A stretch of 64,000 nucleotides of DNA from Scyliorhinus canicula (GCF_902713615.1 NC_052162.1:99272559-99336558); one strand, 5' to 3'. Numbered from the stretch's first letter, positions 37,750 through 51,030 are shown. Made by a program: numbers and translations. The notes: generated by a model from the letters alone, not told the origin.

Positions 37750-40030
37750 GAAGCAGTGGGTCACTGGGGGATTCAGTGGGAAGCAGTGGGGTCACTGGGA
37801 TTCAGTGGGAAGCAGCGAGGTCACTGGGATTCAGTGGGAAGCAGAGGGTCACTGGGAGAATGAGTGAAGCAGGGGATCACTGGAGTATGGGTGAAGTTGG
37901 GGATCACTGGGGTATGGGTGAAGCACGGGGTCACTGGGGTATGGGTGAAGCACGGGGTCACTGGGGTATGGGTGAAGCACGGGGTCACTGGGGTATGGGT
38001 TAAGCACGGGGTCACTGGGGTATGGGTGAAGCAGGGGATCACTGGAGTATGGGCGATGCAGGGGATCACAGGAATATGGGTGATGCAGGGGGTCACAGGA
38101 GTATGGGTGAAGCAGGGGATCACTGGAGTATGGCCGACGTTGGGGATCACTGGGGTATAGGTGAAGCACGGGCCACTGGGGTATGGGTGAAGCAGGGGAT
38201 CACTGAAGTATGGGTGAAGTTGGGGATCACTGGGGTATAGGTGAAGTTGGGGATCACTGGGGTATAGGTGAAGCACGGGGTCTCTGGGGTATGGGTGAAG
38301 CAGGGGGTCTCTGGGGTATGGGTGAAGCAGGGGATCACTGCGGGAATGGGTGCAGCAGGGGATCACTGGGGGAATGGGTGAAGCAGGGGATCACTGGAGT
38401 ATGGGTGAAGCGGGGGATCACTGGGGGAATGGATGAAGCGGGGATCATTGGGGTATAGGTGAAGCAGGGTATCACTCGGGGAATGGGTGAAGCAGGGGAT
38501 CACTGGAGTATGGGTGAAGCGGGGGATCACTGGAGTATTGGTGAAGCAGGGGATCACTGGAGTATGGGTGAAGCGGGGGATCACTGGGGGAATGGATGAA
38601 GCGGGGATCACTGGGGTATAGGTGAAGCAGGGTTTCACTGGAGGAATGGGTGGAGCAGGGGTCCACTTGGGGAATGGGTGAAGCGGGGGGCCACTGGGGG
38701 AATGGGTGAAGCAGGGATCACTGGGGTATAGGTGAAGCACGGGGTCACTGGGGTATGGGTGAAGCAGGGGATCACTGGGGGAATGGGTGAAGCCGGGATC
38801 ACTGGAGTATGGGTGAAGCAGGGGATCACTGGAGTATGGGTGAAGAAGGGGATCACTGGAGTATGGGTGAAGCAGGGGATCACTGGGGGAATGCGTGAAG
38901 CAGGGGATCACTGGGGGAATGGGTGAAGCCGGGATCACTGGAGTACGGGTGAAGTTGGGGATCACGGGGGGGAATGGGTGAAGTAGGAGATCACTGAGGG
39001 AATGGGTGAAGTAGGGGATCACTGGGGGAATGGGTGAAGTAGAGGATCACAGGGGGAATGGGTGAAGCAGGGGATCACTGGAGTATGGGTGAAGCAGGGG
39101 ATCACTGGAGTATTGGTGAAGCAGGGGATCACTGGGGGAATGGGTGAAGCAGGGGATCACTCGGGGAATGGGTGAAGCAGGGGATCACTGGGGGAATGCG
39201 TGAAGCAGGGGATCACTGGGGGAATGGGTGAAGCAGGGGAACACTGGCGTATGGGTGAAGCAGGGGATCACTGGAGTATGGGTGAAGCAGGGGATCACTG
39301 GAGTATGGGTGAAGCGGGGGATCACTGGGGAAATGGATGAAGCGGGGATCACTGGGGTATAGGTGAAGCAGCGTTTCACTGGAGGAATGGGTGAACCAGG
39401 GGATCACTGGGGGAATGGGTGAAGCAGGGGTCCACTTGGGGAATGGGTGAAGCGGGGGGCCACTGGGGGAATGGGTGAAGCAGGGGACCACTGGGGGAAT
39501 GGGTGAAGCAGGGATCACTGGGGTATAGGTGAAGCACGGGGTCACTGGGGGAATGCGTGAAGCAGGGGATCACTGGGGGAATGGGTGAAGCAGGGGATCA
39601 CTGGAGTATGGGTGAAGTTGGGGATCACTGGAGTATGGGTGATATTGGGGATCACTGGAGAATGGGTGAAGTTGGGGATCACTGGGGGAATGGGTGAAGT
39701 TGGGGATCACTGGGGGAATGGGTGAAGTTGGGGATCACTGGGGGAATGGGTGAAGTTGGGGATCACAGGGGGAATGGGTGCAGTTGGGGATCACAGGGGG
39801 AATGGGTGACGTTGGGGATCACAGGGGGAATGGGTGACGTTGGGGATCACTGGGGGAATGGGTGAAGCAGGGGATCATTGGGGGAATGGGTGAAGCCGGG
39901 ATCACTGGAGGAATGGATGAAGCAGCGTATCACTGGGGGAATGGGTGAAGCAGGGTATCACTGGGGGAATGGGTGAAGCAGGGATCACTGTGGGAATGGG
40001 TGAAGCAGGGGATCACTGGGGGATGGGGGA
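37750..40030. repeat. 27-nt G-rich tandem minisatellite, roughly 85 copies, in a NIPA intron
   Basis: Unit tgggtgaagcaggggatcactgg(ag/gg)(t/g)a; 9-aa periodicity in the ORF track. Confidence 0.97.
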
Positions 40031-40237
40031 CAGGAGAAGCAGGGGGCCACTGGTGGGGGGGGGGATTAAGTGGGAAACCAGGTTGTTGTATATCGAGGCA
40101 GAATGTGGGAGACGCCATAATGAGCAGTAATTTGCTGTATCTCCTGTGATGTTCCTCAGCGCTGCCATAGCCAATAGGAGAAATTTACAAGAAAGCATTT
40201 TAAAGTTATTCTACCTGTTACCATGAGCAACACTCAC

Positions 40238-40294
40238 TTGTGAGCAGTCCGGCCCACCACAGCCATTCCTTCAGGTATGCATGGCCACCCTGAC
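40238..40294 (-). CDS. NIPA2-like transporter, 57-nt exon ([19 protein letters not shown])
   Basis: ctcacag acceptor, A|gtgagt donor; NIPA signature [14 protein letters not shown]. Confidence 0.95.
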
Positions 40295-40508
40295 CTGTGA
40301 GGGGAGAACAAAGCACATTGAGCCGTACAGCCTGACAGCTTCTATCACTATCTCCCCATCCAGTTCGCTGCCTAACCTCACCAGCTGTGTAAGCTGGTGA
40401 ATAAGGGATCTGATGGGTAATGGTGTCTCGTGTGTAATTTCCCTGTGTGAAACATCAACTTCCAGTTTCAACTTGTTTGTCAAACTTGGCAACAGTGAAT
40501 TAGTAGCG

Positions 40509-41276
40509 ATTACAAGGTGAGGGAACTGTATTTGGAGGAAGGGTTCGCCAGTCTGGAGGAGCTAAGGGGGAGGGTAGAGCTGCCGAGGTGGAGTGAGTTC
40601 AGGTATCTGCAGGTTAGGGACTTTGAGCGAAAGGTCTGGAGGGGGTTCCCTAGGTTGCTGGGATACACCTTGCTGGAGCGACTGCTGCTTCTGGATGTGG
40701 AAGGGAGGGAAGAATTGGGGATATATATACAAGTGGTTGCGGGAGCAGGGAGGCGAGCAAGTGGTGAAGATCAAAGAGAAATGGGAAGCGGAGTTGGGAG
40801 AGGAGATCAATTGGGGAGAATGGAATGAGGCACTGGGTAGGGTAAACGGGACCTCCTCATGTGCAAGGATGAGCCTGATACAGTTTAAGGGGGTGCACAG
40901 GTTGCATATGACTCGGGCGAGAATGAGTCGGTTCTTTCAGAGAGTAGTAGGTGAGTGTGAGAGGTCTGGGCGGGGGCCAGCGAATCATGCGCACATGTTT
41001 TGGGGTTGAGAAAAATTGGGAAGATTCTGGGCGGGGGATGCTCGCAGTCTTAGCCAGGATAGTGGAGGATCCGGACCCTTTGGTGGTGATATTTGGGGTC
41101 TCAGAGAAGCCAGAGCTCATGGAGAAGAGGAAGGCCGATGTCTTGGCCTTCGCCTCTCTGACTGCACGGGCGAATTTTGCTGGAGTAGGGGTCGGCATCG
41201 TCCCAGAAGGTAGCTTCTGTTTGTTCACTGTAACGTGTTTTGATACATGTTTGTAATAAAAACATTTTTAAAAAAA
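40509..41276 (+). mobile_element. 5'-truncated L1-clade LINE (ORF2 C-terminal region)
   Basis: KEKWEAELG...SLIQFK..HRLH...C...HAHMFW zinc-knuckle-like region; AATAAA plus A-tail; 12-bp TSD gaattagtagcg (40497-40508, 41277-41288). Confidence 0.88.
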
Positions 41277-41899
41277 GAATTAGTAGCGTTTAACTTCAAA
41301 TTATCACCAACTCTTGAAAGGCTCAGGTCGTGTCCACCGCTGTGGCACAGCTGCTGGGGTGAGCATGTGGGGAGGGGCACAGAGTCACAGGTGTCAGGGG
41401 ATTGGCACTATGAGTGCTGAGGTATGGCATTTTTAAATTTGAATAAAACATCTCAAGAATGAATAAGCCAGTGAAAAGGGACTTTCTGTATTCATATCAG
41501 AAAGGAAAGGCTCAGATTTAGTCATTACCTTGTGCTGAGGTGCATCAATTCAGGACTGCAATTAGAGGCAGTACAATGTTTACGGTGCAGGACTCAGGAT
41601 TAATGAATCAGATTAAATTGCTGTTCCTCATCAGAATCCATTGCTGATTAATGACTGAGCTCAGCTGGACAAGGCATTGGTGAGATCAAATTTAATAACT
41701 TGCCAAATTTAATCATGAAGAGAGGTCATTTGGGTGTGGTAGCAGGGGTCCTATCTCCATCAGGGAGGGTCACGTTTTGGGGAGGGGGAGGGCCTCCTTT
41801 GGTGAGGGGGGCCACCTTCGGGGGGGGAGGGGGGGGGGCTATCTGGGGAGGGGTCACCAGGGTGGGGGAGGGCCACATTCGTGGAGAGGAGAGCCACCT

Positions 41900-43765
41900 T
41901 TTTCATCTGTATTCACACAGGAAAAAGACAATGTTGTCGAGGAGAATACTGAGATACAGGCTACTAGACTAGAAGGGTTTGAGGTTCATAAGGAGGAGGT
42001 GTTAGCGATTCTGGAAAGTGTGAAAATAGATAAGTCCCCTGGGCCGGATGGGATTTAGCCTAGGATTCACTGGGAAGCTAGGGAGGAGATTGCTGAGCCT
42101 TTGGCTTTGATCTTCAGATCATCTTTGTCTACAGGAATAGTGCCAGAAGACTGGAGGATAGCAAATGTTGTCCCCTTGTTCAAGAAGGGGAGTGGAGATA
42201 ACCCCGGTAACTATAGACCAGTGAGCCTTACTTCTGTTGTGGGAAAAGTCTTGGAAAGGTTTATAAGGGTTAGGATGTATAATCATCTGGAAAGGAATAA
42301 TCTGATTAGAGATAGTTAACATGGTTTTGTGAAGGGTAGGTCGTGCCTCACAAACCTTATTGAGTTCTTCGAGAAGGTGACCAAACAGGTGGATGAGGGT
42401 AAATCAGTTGATGTGGTGTATATGGATTTCAGTAATGCGTTTGATAAGGTTCCCCACGGTAGGCTATTGCAAAAAATACAGAGGCATGGGATTCAGGGTG
42501 ATTTAGCAGTTTGGATCAGAAATTGGCTAGCTGATAGAAGACAAAGGATGGTGGTTGATGGGAAATGTTCAGACTGGTGTCCAGTTACTAGTGGTGTACC
42601 ACAAGGATCTGTTTTGGGGCCGCTGCTGTTTGTCATTTTTATAAATGACCTGGAGGAAGGCGTAGAAGGATGGGTGAGTAAATTTGCAGATGACACTAAA
42701 GTCGGTGGAGTTGTGGACAGTGCAAAAGGATGTTACAAGTTACAGAGGGACATAGATAAGATGCAGAGCTGGGCTGACAGGTGGCAAATGGAGTTTAATG
42801 CAGAAAAGTGTGAGGTGATTCATTTTGGAAGGAATAACAGGAAGACAGAGTACTGGGCTAATGGTAAGATTCTTGGTAGTGTGGACGAGCAGAGAGATCT
42901 CAGTGTCCATGTCCATAGATCCCTGAAAGTTGCCACCCAGGTTGAGAGGGTTGTTAAGAAGGCGTACGGTGTGTTAGCTTTTATTGGTAGAGGAATTGAG
43001 TTTCGGAGCCATGAGGTCATGTTGCAGTTGTACAAAACTCTGGTGCGGCCGCATTTGGAGTGTTGCGTGCACTTCTGGTCGCTGCATTACAGGAAGGATG
43101 TGGAAGCATTGAAAATGAAATTAAATGAAAATTGCTTATTGTCACGAGTAGGCTTCAATGAAGTTACTGTGAAAAGCCCCTAGTCGCCACATTCCGGCGC
43201 CTGTCCGGGGAGGCTGGTACGGGAATCGAACTGTGCTGCTGGCCTGCCTTGGTCTGGTTTTAAAAGCCAGCGATTTAGCGGAGTGAGCTAAACCTGCCCC
43301 TAAAATTGGAAAGGGTACAGAAGAGAAAAGAGTTGCCTGGTATGGCGGGAAGATCTTACGAGGAAAGGCTGAAGGACTTGAGGCTGTTTTCGTTAGAGAG
43401 AAGAAGGTTAAGAGGTGACTTAATTGAGGCATACAAGATGATCAGAGGATTAGATAGGGTGGACATTGAGAGTCTTTTTCCTCGGATGGTGATGTCCAGC
43501 ACGAGGGGACATAGCTTTAAATTGAGGGGAGATAGATATAGGACAGATGTCAGAGGTAGATTCTTTACTCAGAGAGTAGTAAGGGCATGGAATGCCCTGC
43601 CTGCAACAGTAGTGGACTCGCCAACACTAAACGCATTCAAATGGTCATTGGATAGGCATATGGACGATAAGGGAATAGTGTAGATGGGCTTTAGAGGAGT
43701 TTCACAGGTCGGTGCAACATCGAGGGCCGAAGGGCCTGTACTGCGCTGTAATGTTCTATGTTTCA
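41900..43765 (+). mobile_element. CR1 LINE ORF2 (RT) fragment, same family as 14697-15676, interrupted by a short SINE at about 43110-43300
   Basis: KSPGPDG, NYRPVSLTS, DFSNAFDKVPH, GVPQGSVLGPLLF, KFADDTK motifs; CR1 tail. Confidence 0.95.
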
Positions 43766-43769
43766 GGGA

Positions 43770-44450
43770 TGTGGACGGCCAATATCGGGGAGGGGGAAGG
43801 GCAGGGCCACCTTCAGGGAGGGGACCGAGAGGCAGGAAGGTGGAGGTCCACCTTGGGGGAGGAGGAGGGGAGGTCACCTTGGGGGAGGGGCGGTGGAGGG
43901 ACATCTTCGGAGAGGAAGGTGCAGGGCCACCTTTGGGGAGGGCCAGGGCCACCTTTGGTGAATGGTAGAGCAGGAGGCCACCTTCGGGCAATGGATGGCC
44001 ATCTTCAGGGAGGGGAGAGCCACCTTTGGGAAGGGGAGGGCCACCTTCGAGGAGGGATATGGCCATCTTTGGGAAGGGGAGGGCCATCTTCGGGGAGGGG
44101 AGGGGGGGGGCATGTTCGGGGAGGAAGAGGGTCACCTTCTGGGAGGGGAGGCCCACATTTGGGGGAGGGGGCAATGCGGGGCTACATTCAGGGAGGGGGA
44201 CACATTTGAGGAGGAGGGCCACCTTCAGGAATGGGGCCAGCTTCGGGAAAGGGAGACCACCTTCGTTGGGGCAGGGGCACTTTCAGGGAGTGTGGGGGCA
44301 CCCTCTGGGAGTGGAGGATCATGTTTGAGGAGGGAAAGGGATTTCATCTTCAGGGAGGAGAGGGGGCCACCTTCTGGAAGGGAAGAGGCACAGGGGAACC
44401 ACCTTCAGAGGTTGGGGGGGGGGGGGGGGCATCTTCGGGGAAGGCACGAT
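43770..44450. repeat. G-rich degenerate minisatellite (ggccaccttcggggagggga); remnants at 41750-41900, 45340-45570, 48895-48970
   Basis: Recurrent ggccacctt motif. Confidence 0.8.
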
Positions 44451-44454
44451 GATA

Positions 44455-44882
44455 AGTAAAAAGAGGTAAGGTGTTGAATGAATATTTCACATCTGTCTTC
44501 ACCCAAGAGAATGAGGAGGTAGATAGAGAGAGACTGTGAAGTTCTTGAGCCCATTGTCAATAGAGAGTGACAAGGTTTTGAATGTCTTGGCGGACTTGTC
44601 CATTTGCAGATGATTTGTGTCCCAGGATGCTGTGGGAGGCGAGGGAGGAGTTTGCAGGAGGTCTGACTCAAATATTTAATTGCTCTCTGGCCACAGAGGA
44701 GATGCCAGAGGAGTGGAGAACAGCTAATGTGCTCTCACTATTTAACAAAGGTTGTAGAGATAAGTCAGGGAACTACAGGCCAGTGAATCTCACACCAGTG
44801 ATCGGGAAACTACTGGAGCAAATTCTGAAGAAGAGAATCTATCTCCACGTAGAGAGGCGCGAGAGAGAGAGGTGAGAGAGAG

Positions 44883-44926
<44 letters not shown>

Positions 44927-45335
44927 ATCACTATGTTTGTGGATGACACAAAGATTAGCCGGATGGCTAACAGTGAGGTAAAGTGTCTTGTGTTACAGGA
45001 AGATATAAATCGGATCATTAAATGGACAGAAAATGGGCAAAGTGTGAGGTGCTCCACTTTAGAAGTCGTGATGTGACAAGAATGTATTCAATGAATGGCC
45101 TGATACTGGGACGTTCTGAGGAACAAAGGCTTCTTTGTCCATAGATCTCTTGAAGGCAGAAGGGCAGGTTAATAGGCTGCTGAAAAAGGCATATGGGGCA
45201 CTTGCTTTTATCAATCAGGGCATAGATTACAAAAGCAGGGTGTTCATGCTGGAGCTGTACAGAACTTTGGTGAGGCCACAGCTGGAGTACTGTGTACAGT
45301 TTTGGTCACCACGTTATAGGGAGGATGTGATTGGA
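44455..45335 (+). mobile_element. Decayed CR1 fragments with a (GA)n microsatellite at about 44860-44922
   Basis: NYRPVNLT and YRTLVRPQLEYCVQFWSP motifs. Confidence 0.8.
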
Positions 45336-46764
45336 CTTTCGCAAGAAGGTGGGACATCTTCGGGGGGGGGGTGGGGGGGGGGAGAAGAGGCGGTAAAGAG
45401 TCACCTTCGAAGAGAGGGAAGGGGAGGTGGAGGGCCACCTCGGCAGCTTCGGGGAGGGGGAGCCAGCACCTTCTGGGGTTTGGGGTGAGTCAACACCTTC
45501 AGGGGAGGGGGCGCTCAGCACTTTCAGGGAAGACGAGAGACAGTCGGCACCTTCAGAGTAGGGGGTAAACGGACTGAAGGAAAATACTGTTAGCATGGAC
45601 TCAAAGCGATACGCCCACTCCTGGCTGACATGGTCCCATTCAGACTTAAACTCATCAGGGAACGCAGAGGGTGATTCACCCACGATCCACTATCTTTCGG
45701 GATATTCCTCATTGGCCAATCATTATCCTAGTACAGAGTCTGAGCACATATTTTTCCATCAATGGAAGATTAGTTGTATATGAATGGCCTAGCTCAGGTC
45801 TTTATGTAAATGGGAGTGGGCAATCAAGCAGCACAATTATTTTTATTTTATTTTTTATTTTAATCGCTTATTGTCACAAGTAGGCTTCAAAATGAAGTTA
45901 CTGTGAAAAGCCCCTAATCGCCACATTCCGGCGCCTGTTCGGGGAGGCTGGTACGGGAATTGAACCGTGCTGCTGGCCTGCTTGGTCTGCTTTCAAAGCC
46001 AGCACTTAGTTGATAAGTTCCAGTCTGGACATTCTAGAGGAGGATCTTTGTTTGAAGGGCTGGGCAGGGCTTCGAGAGAGAAGAAATTAATTTGGAGCGG
46101 CAAAGAAAAAAGAAGATGCGAGCAGCCATGAGACAAGTCATGAAGTCTGCTACACAAAATAAGGATCTAAGCAGCCATCGAAGAGGTCATGGAAAAAAAC
46201 CATAGACAGAAGGCTTTGGAAAAGAGTTCTGAATGAATGTCCCGACCAGAAGAAAGATTGCTTCAGAAATGCAAGTGGTGCTTTTGGCTGTATATGTAAG
46301 TGGAACGAGAGCTGTATTTTCATGCCAAGTGTTATTTGATGAGAACTAGTAAGAAACTAGCACAGATGAATGCGTGCCTTAAGAGTCGGATGTGTAACTT
46401 TTTAAAGGTTTAAGACGGTGCAGAAAAATCGATTTGTTCCGGTTGTGATAATATAAGAAATAGGGCCTGGTTATTCTATAAACAAACAGGAGGGAAGGTT
46501 TTAGATTCCTAGACCATTGGGACCGTTTTGGGGAAGGTGGGACCTGTACAAGCGGGATGGTCGACATCTTAACCAGAGAGGGACTAACATCCTTGCTGGT
46601 GGGTTCGCTAGTGCTGTTGGGAAGAGTTAATCTGTTAGTTTGAAGTTTAAAACTTTAAATGTTTTTTTTTGGTTTAATAACGTTTGTTTAGAAAATAACC
46701 AAACTCTATTTATTACATTGTCACAGCCGAAATGAATCAAATTTTCTGCACCATCTGGTTCAAT

Positions 46765-48600
46765 AGGGGACCCCAGAGTCATGGGCACAGGTAGACGCTT
46801 TTGTGGTCATGAAAATGACTCCAGGATGGTGTGATGCCTCCTTGATGTCGGGGTCTGGGATATCACCGAACGGTTGCAGGGCACCCTGAAGAGGGAGAGT
46901 GATAAGCCAGAGGTCATGGTACATGTTGGTACCAACGACATAGGTTGAAAGAAGGATGAGGTTTTGCATCAATAATTCAAGGAGTTAGGCAATAGACTAA
47001 AGAGCAGGACCTCTCGGGTTGTAATCTCTGGATTACTCCCAGTGCCACATGCTAGTGAGTACAGGAATAGGAGACTAGCACAGATGAATGCGTGGCTTAA
47101 GAGTCGGATGTGTAACTTTTTTAAGGTTTAATACGGTGCAGAAAAATCAATTTGTTCCGGTTGTGATAATATAAGAAATAGGGCTTGATTATTCTATAAA
47201 CAAACAGGAGGGAGGTTTTTAGATTCCTGGACCATTGGGACCGTTTTGGGGAAGGTGGGACCTGTACACGCGGGATGGTCGACATCTTAACCAGAGAGGG
47301 ACTAACATCCTTGCTGGTGGGTTTGCTGTTGGGAAAAGTTAAACTAGTTTGGCAGGCGGAGGGGATGCAGACTGATTGCAGAATATGGACACAGTATAAC
47401 ATAGAAAAGCAATCAGGTTAGAGGGAATACAGCGGTAGTAAGTTTCAAAGGAGTAAGACAAGGCTGGATGGCCTCTACTTTAATGCCAGGAGTATTAAAG
47501 GTAAATGGATGAGTTAAGGGTGATGATTGACACATGGAATCATGATATAATAGCTATCACAGAGCTATGGTTGATTCAGGGGCAGGATTGGCAGCTTAAC
47601 AGCCGGGATATAGAATCTTCAGGCAAGGCAGAGACGGGGATAGAAGAGGAGGAGGCATTGCATTGTTAGTTCAGGAGGAGTTACTATGGTAAGGAGAGCT
47701 GATATCTTGAAGGGGACATCAAATTAAGCTGTGGTAGAGCTTAGGAATAAAAAAGGAACAGCTACGTTGCTCGGAGTTTATTATAGACCCCCAGAAGCTG
47801 CACGGTGGCACAGTGGGTTAGCCCTGCTGCCTCACGGCACCGAGGTCCCAGGTTCGATCCTGGCTCTGGATCACTGTCCGTGTGGAGTTTGCACATTCTC
47901 TTCCCAACAGCGCTAGCGACCCACCAGCAAGGATGTTAGTCCCTCTCTGGTTCAGATGTAGACTGTCCCGCTTGTCCAGGTCTCACCTTCCCCAAATTCA
48001 GTCCCAAAGGTCCAGGAATCTAAAGCCCTCCCTCCTGTTTGTTTATAAAATCACCAAGCCCTATTTCTTACATTATCACAACCGGAACAAATCGATTTTT
48101 CTGCACCGTCTTATACCTTAAAAATTTTATTTCTTGTTTCGGCCCCACAACTCAAAGATGTGCAGGTTCGGTGGATTGGCCACGCTAAATTTCCCCTTAA
48201 TTGAAAAAAGTGAATTGGGTACTCTAAATTTATTTTAAAAAAACTATAGACCCCAGATAGTCAGTGGGAAAGTTGGAGCAAATATTTGCGCAATAAAAAG
48301 AGGGTTATTAATAATAATCTTTATTATTGTCACAAGTAGGCTTACAATAACACTAAAGTTACTGTGAAAATCCCTTATTTACCAATATTAGGTGATTTTA
48401 ACTTTCCCAAAATTAATTGGGATACCCATTCATGTTAAGGGCTTAAATAGAGTATGCTTCTTAAAATATATACAGGAAAACTTTACAAGTCAATACATAG
48501 AGTCCAACAAGGGACGGTGCAGTGCTGGACCTAATTTTGGGGAATGAAGTCAGACAGGCAGTTAATGTGTTGGTGGGGGAGCATTTTGGTGATAGCGACC
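46765..48600 (+). mobile_element. Decayed CR1 ORF1 (esterase-like)/endonuclease region with SINE and templated insertions
   Basis: gtggtacatgttggtaccaacgac-like (VHVGTND), gtaatctctggattactccc (VISGLLP) and GVYYRPP motifs. Confidence 0.75.
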
Positions 48601-49267
48601 ACGACAAAGAGCAAAATAGCATAGGAACAGGCCCTTCGACCCTCTAAGCCTGTACCGGTCATGATACCAATCCTTGCCAAATCCCTCAGAACTTCCTTGT
48701 GCAGTATCCATCCTATCCATGTATTTGTCAAGATGCCCTTTTGAACGGTGTTTATGTATCTGCTTCCACAACCTTGCCTGGCAAAGCGTTCCAGGCACTC
48801 ACCACCTTCTGCGTAAAAAACCTGCCTCGCACATCTCCTCTAAACTATGCCCCACAGACCTTAAACCTATGATCCCCGGCGACTGCCCCTCCGCACTGGA
48901 GAGTGAGAGTCAGCACCTTCAGGGGAGAGAGAGTCAGCACCTTTGTGTAAGGGGAGCAGTGAGGGGAAAAAGCAGTGTTCTATCAACAAATAAGCATTTT
49001 ACTACCTAGCCCTTTGTGGGGGTCTAGTGATGCAATGTCCCTGTAATAGATTATCTAAATTCACAGGATTATGGAATGGCCTTGTGTGGCAGAGTACCAG
49101 GGAATTGGTTCCTATGATCTGATCGAGGGGATGGGTCAGTGCCAGTGTGCTGGGAAAGGGAAGTACTGAAGGTGAAAATGAAAATCAGGTCGTTCATCTT
49201 TAAAAACTGAGACTGAGATCAGTGACTGTTAGTCAGGTCACTGTATGTTCCCTCAGCGGTAACCTAC

Positions 49268-49441
49268 CTGCTCTGATCACCCCCTTGCCGGACAGACGTA
49301 ACAGCCCCTTCTTTTTCAGGATGAAACTACTTCCGATGAAGATGCTGGAGCTGATGGCGAGAGCAAGCCCGACGTAGAAATGATAGCCCAAAGCGGCATT
49401 GGCCACGGTGGATTGCTGCAGGAAATAAGGACATGGGGTCA
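49268..49441 (-). CDS. NIPA2-like transporter exon ([57 protein letters not shown])
   Basis: Donor G|gtaggt at 49268/49267; tandem AAG/CAG acceptor (exon start 49444 or 49441); NIPA TM1 motif [22 protein letters not shown]. Confidence 0.9.
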
Positions 49442-51030
49442 CTGCTTTCAGAATATACACAGGGGGAAACCCAAAGTCACTCAGCATCACAGAGATGCCT
49501 CAAGTAGCGAATATCTTGCTTGTGGGTGATGGTGTGTGTGTGTGAGAGAGAGATCTGTATTTGTGTGGAAAAGGACTGGAGCCAAGTCTGTAATAAAGTC
49601 AGGAGCTGAGTGGCCTTGGTGGAAACCAAACTGAGTGTCAGTGAGCAGATTATTGCTGAGTGTGCAGCTTGATAGCACTATTGCTAACCCCTTCCATCAT
49701 TTTACTCATGACTGAGAGTAGACTGATCAGGTAGTAATTGGCTGGGTTGTATTTGTCCTATTTCTTATGTACAAGACATATCTGGGCAATTTCCCACATT
49801 GCCGGGTAGATGTCAGTCTTGTAGCTGTACTAGAACAGCTTGGCTCGGGGCACGGCAAGTTCTGGAGCACAAGTATTGTCAGAATATTGTCAGGGTCCCT
49901 AGCCTTTGCAGTAACCAGTACCTTCTGCCGTTTCTTAATCACGTGGATTAAATTGAGTTAGTTGAAGAATGGCATCTATGATGCTGGGGACCTTCAGAGG
50001 AGACCAAGTTAGATCATCCACTTGACACTTCTGCCTGAAGATTGTTGCAAATGCTTCAGCCTTATCTTCTTCATCAATGAGGATGGGGTTATTTGTGGAG
50101 CTAGTAAGTTGTTTAATTTTCCACCGCCATTCACGACTGGATGGCACAATGGTTAGCACTGCTGTTTCAAAGCACCAAGAAACCGGGTTCAATTCTCCCC
50201 TCAGTTGTCTATGTGGAGTTTGCACTTTCACCCCATGACTGCATGGGTTTCCTCTGGATGCTCATTTTGTCCGATAGTACAAAGATTTGTGGGTCTGTCC
50301 TGTCGGTGGGACAGGGCATACCCATGGATGGTCATTGTGGTATAAGGGAATATCATATCATCTGTAATGAGTGTGACTACGTCAGGCTGTTGCTTGGCAT
50401 TATCTGTGACAGCTCTCTGAAGTCTGGCACATGCCCCCAGGTGTTAGTAAGGAGGTCTTCACAGGTCTGGGTATGGCACTGTCATTTCTGGTTGTGCCAG
50501 GTGATCCATCCAGTTTAATAGCAGCTTGATACAACTGAATGGCTTGCTGGACCATTTAAGAGTCAACCACAGTGGGTCTCGAGTCACATGTAGGCCAGCC
50601 CAAGTAAGGACAGCAGATTTCCTACTTAGCCACAGGGTAATTACAACAGTTGACAATTTCAATTCCAAATTTATTAATTGATTCCATGAGCTGCAAAGTG
50701 GGATTTGAACTCATGTTTCCAGAACATTAACCTGGGCCTCTGGATTGCTTGTCAAGTGGCATTACTATTACACTACCATCTCCACTATGAACCTACAGTT
50801 CACAATGTGTTCTATGGAGATTCTTTGGATAAAAGTGAACAGAAACATATTTTAATGTCAAAACCAACCAAACGATCAGAAACCACAAGGGAGGAATTGC
50901 AGAGCAGCAGGAGATCACACCATGATTAATGCCTTAGAGGTTAGAATTTGAAAGCCTCTGGTCAATACCCAGGAATGCAAAAGCTTGAATATTAAGTACC
51001 GGTGCAGTTATCTATTCTAGAGTCACCTAC

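Noticed and set aside
37750-40030. Pro/His-rich repeat ORFs on both strands
   Set aside because: Translations of a 27-nt minisatellite inside an intron
42329-43683. Active or domesticated reverse transcriptase gene
   Set aside because: 5'-truncated, upstream stops, interrupted by a SINE; an ordinary dead CR1
31042-49441. Assigning the symbol NIPA2
   Set aside because: Sequence is NIPA2-like but synteny does not match the CYFIP1-NIPA2-NIPA1 locus; orthology is unresolved without a tree
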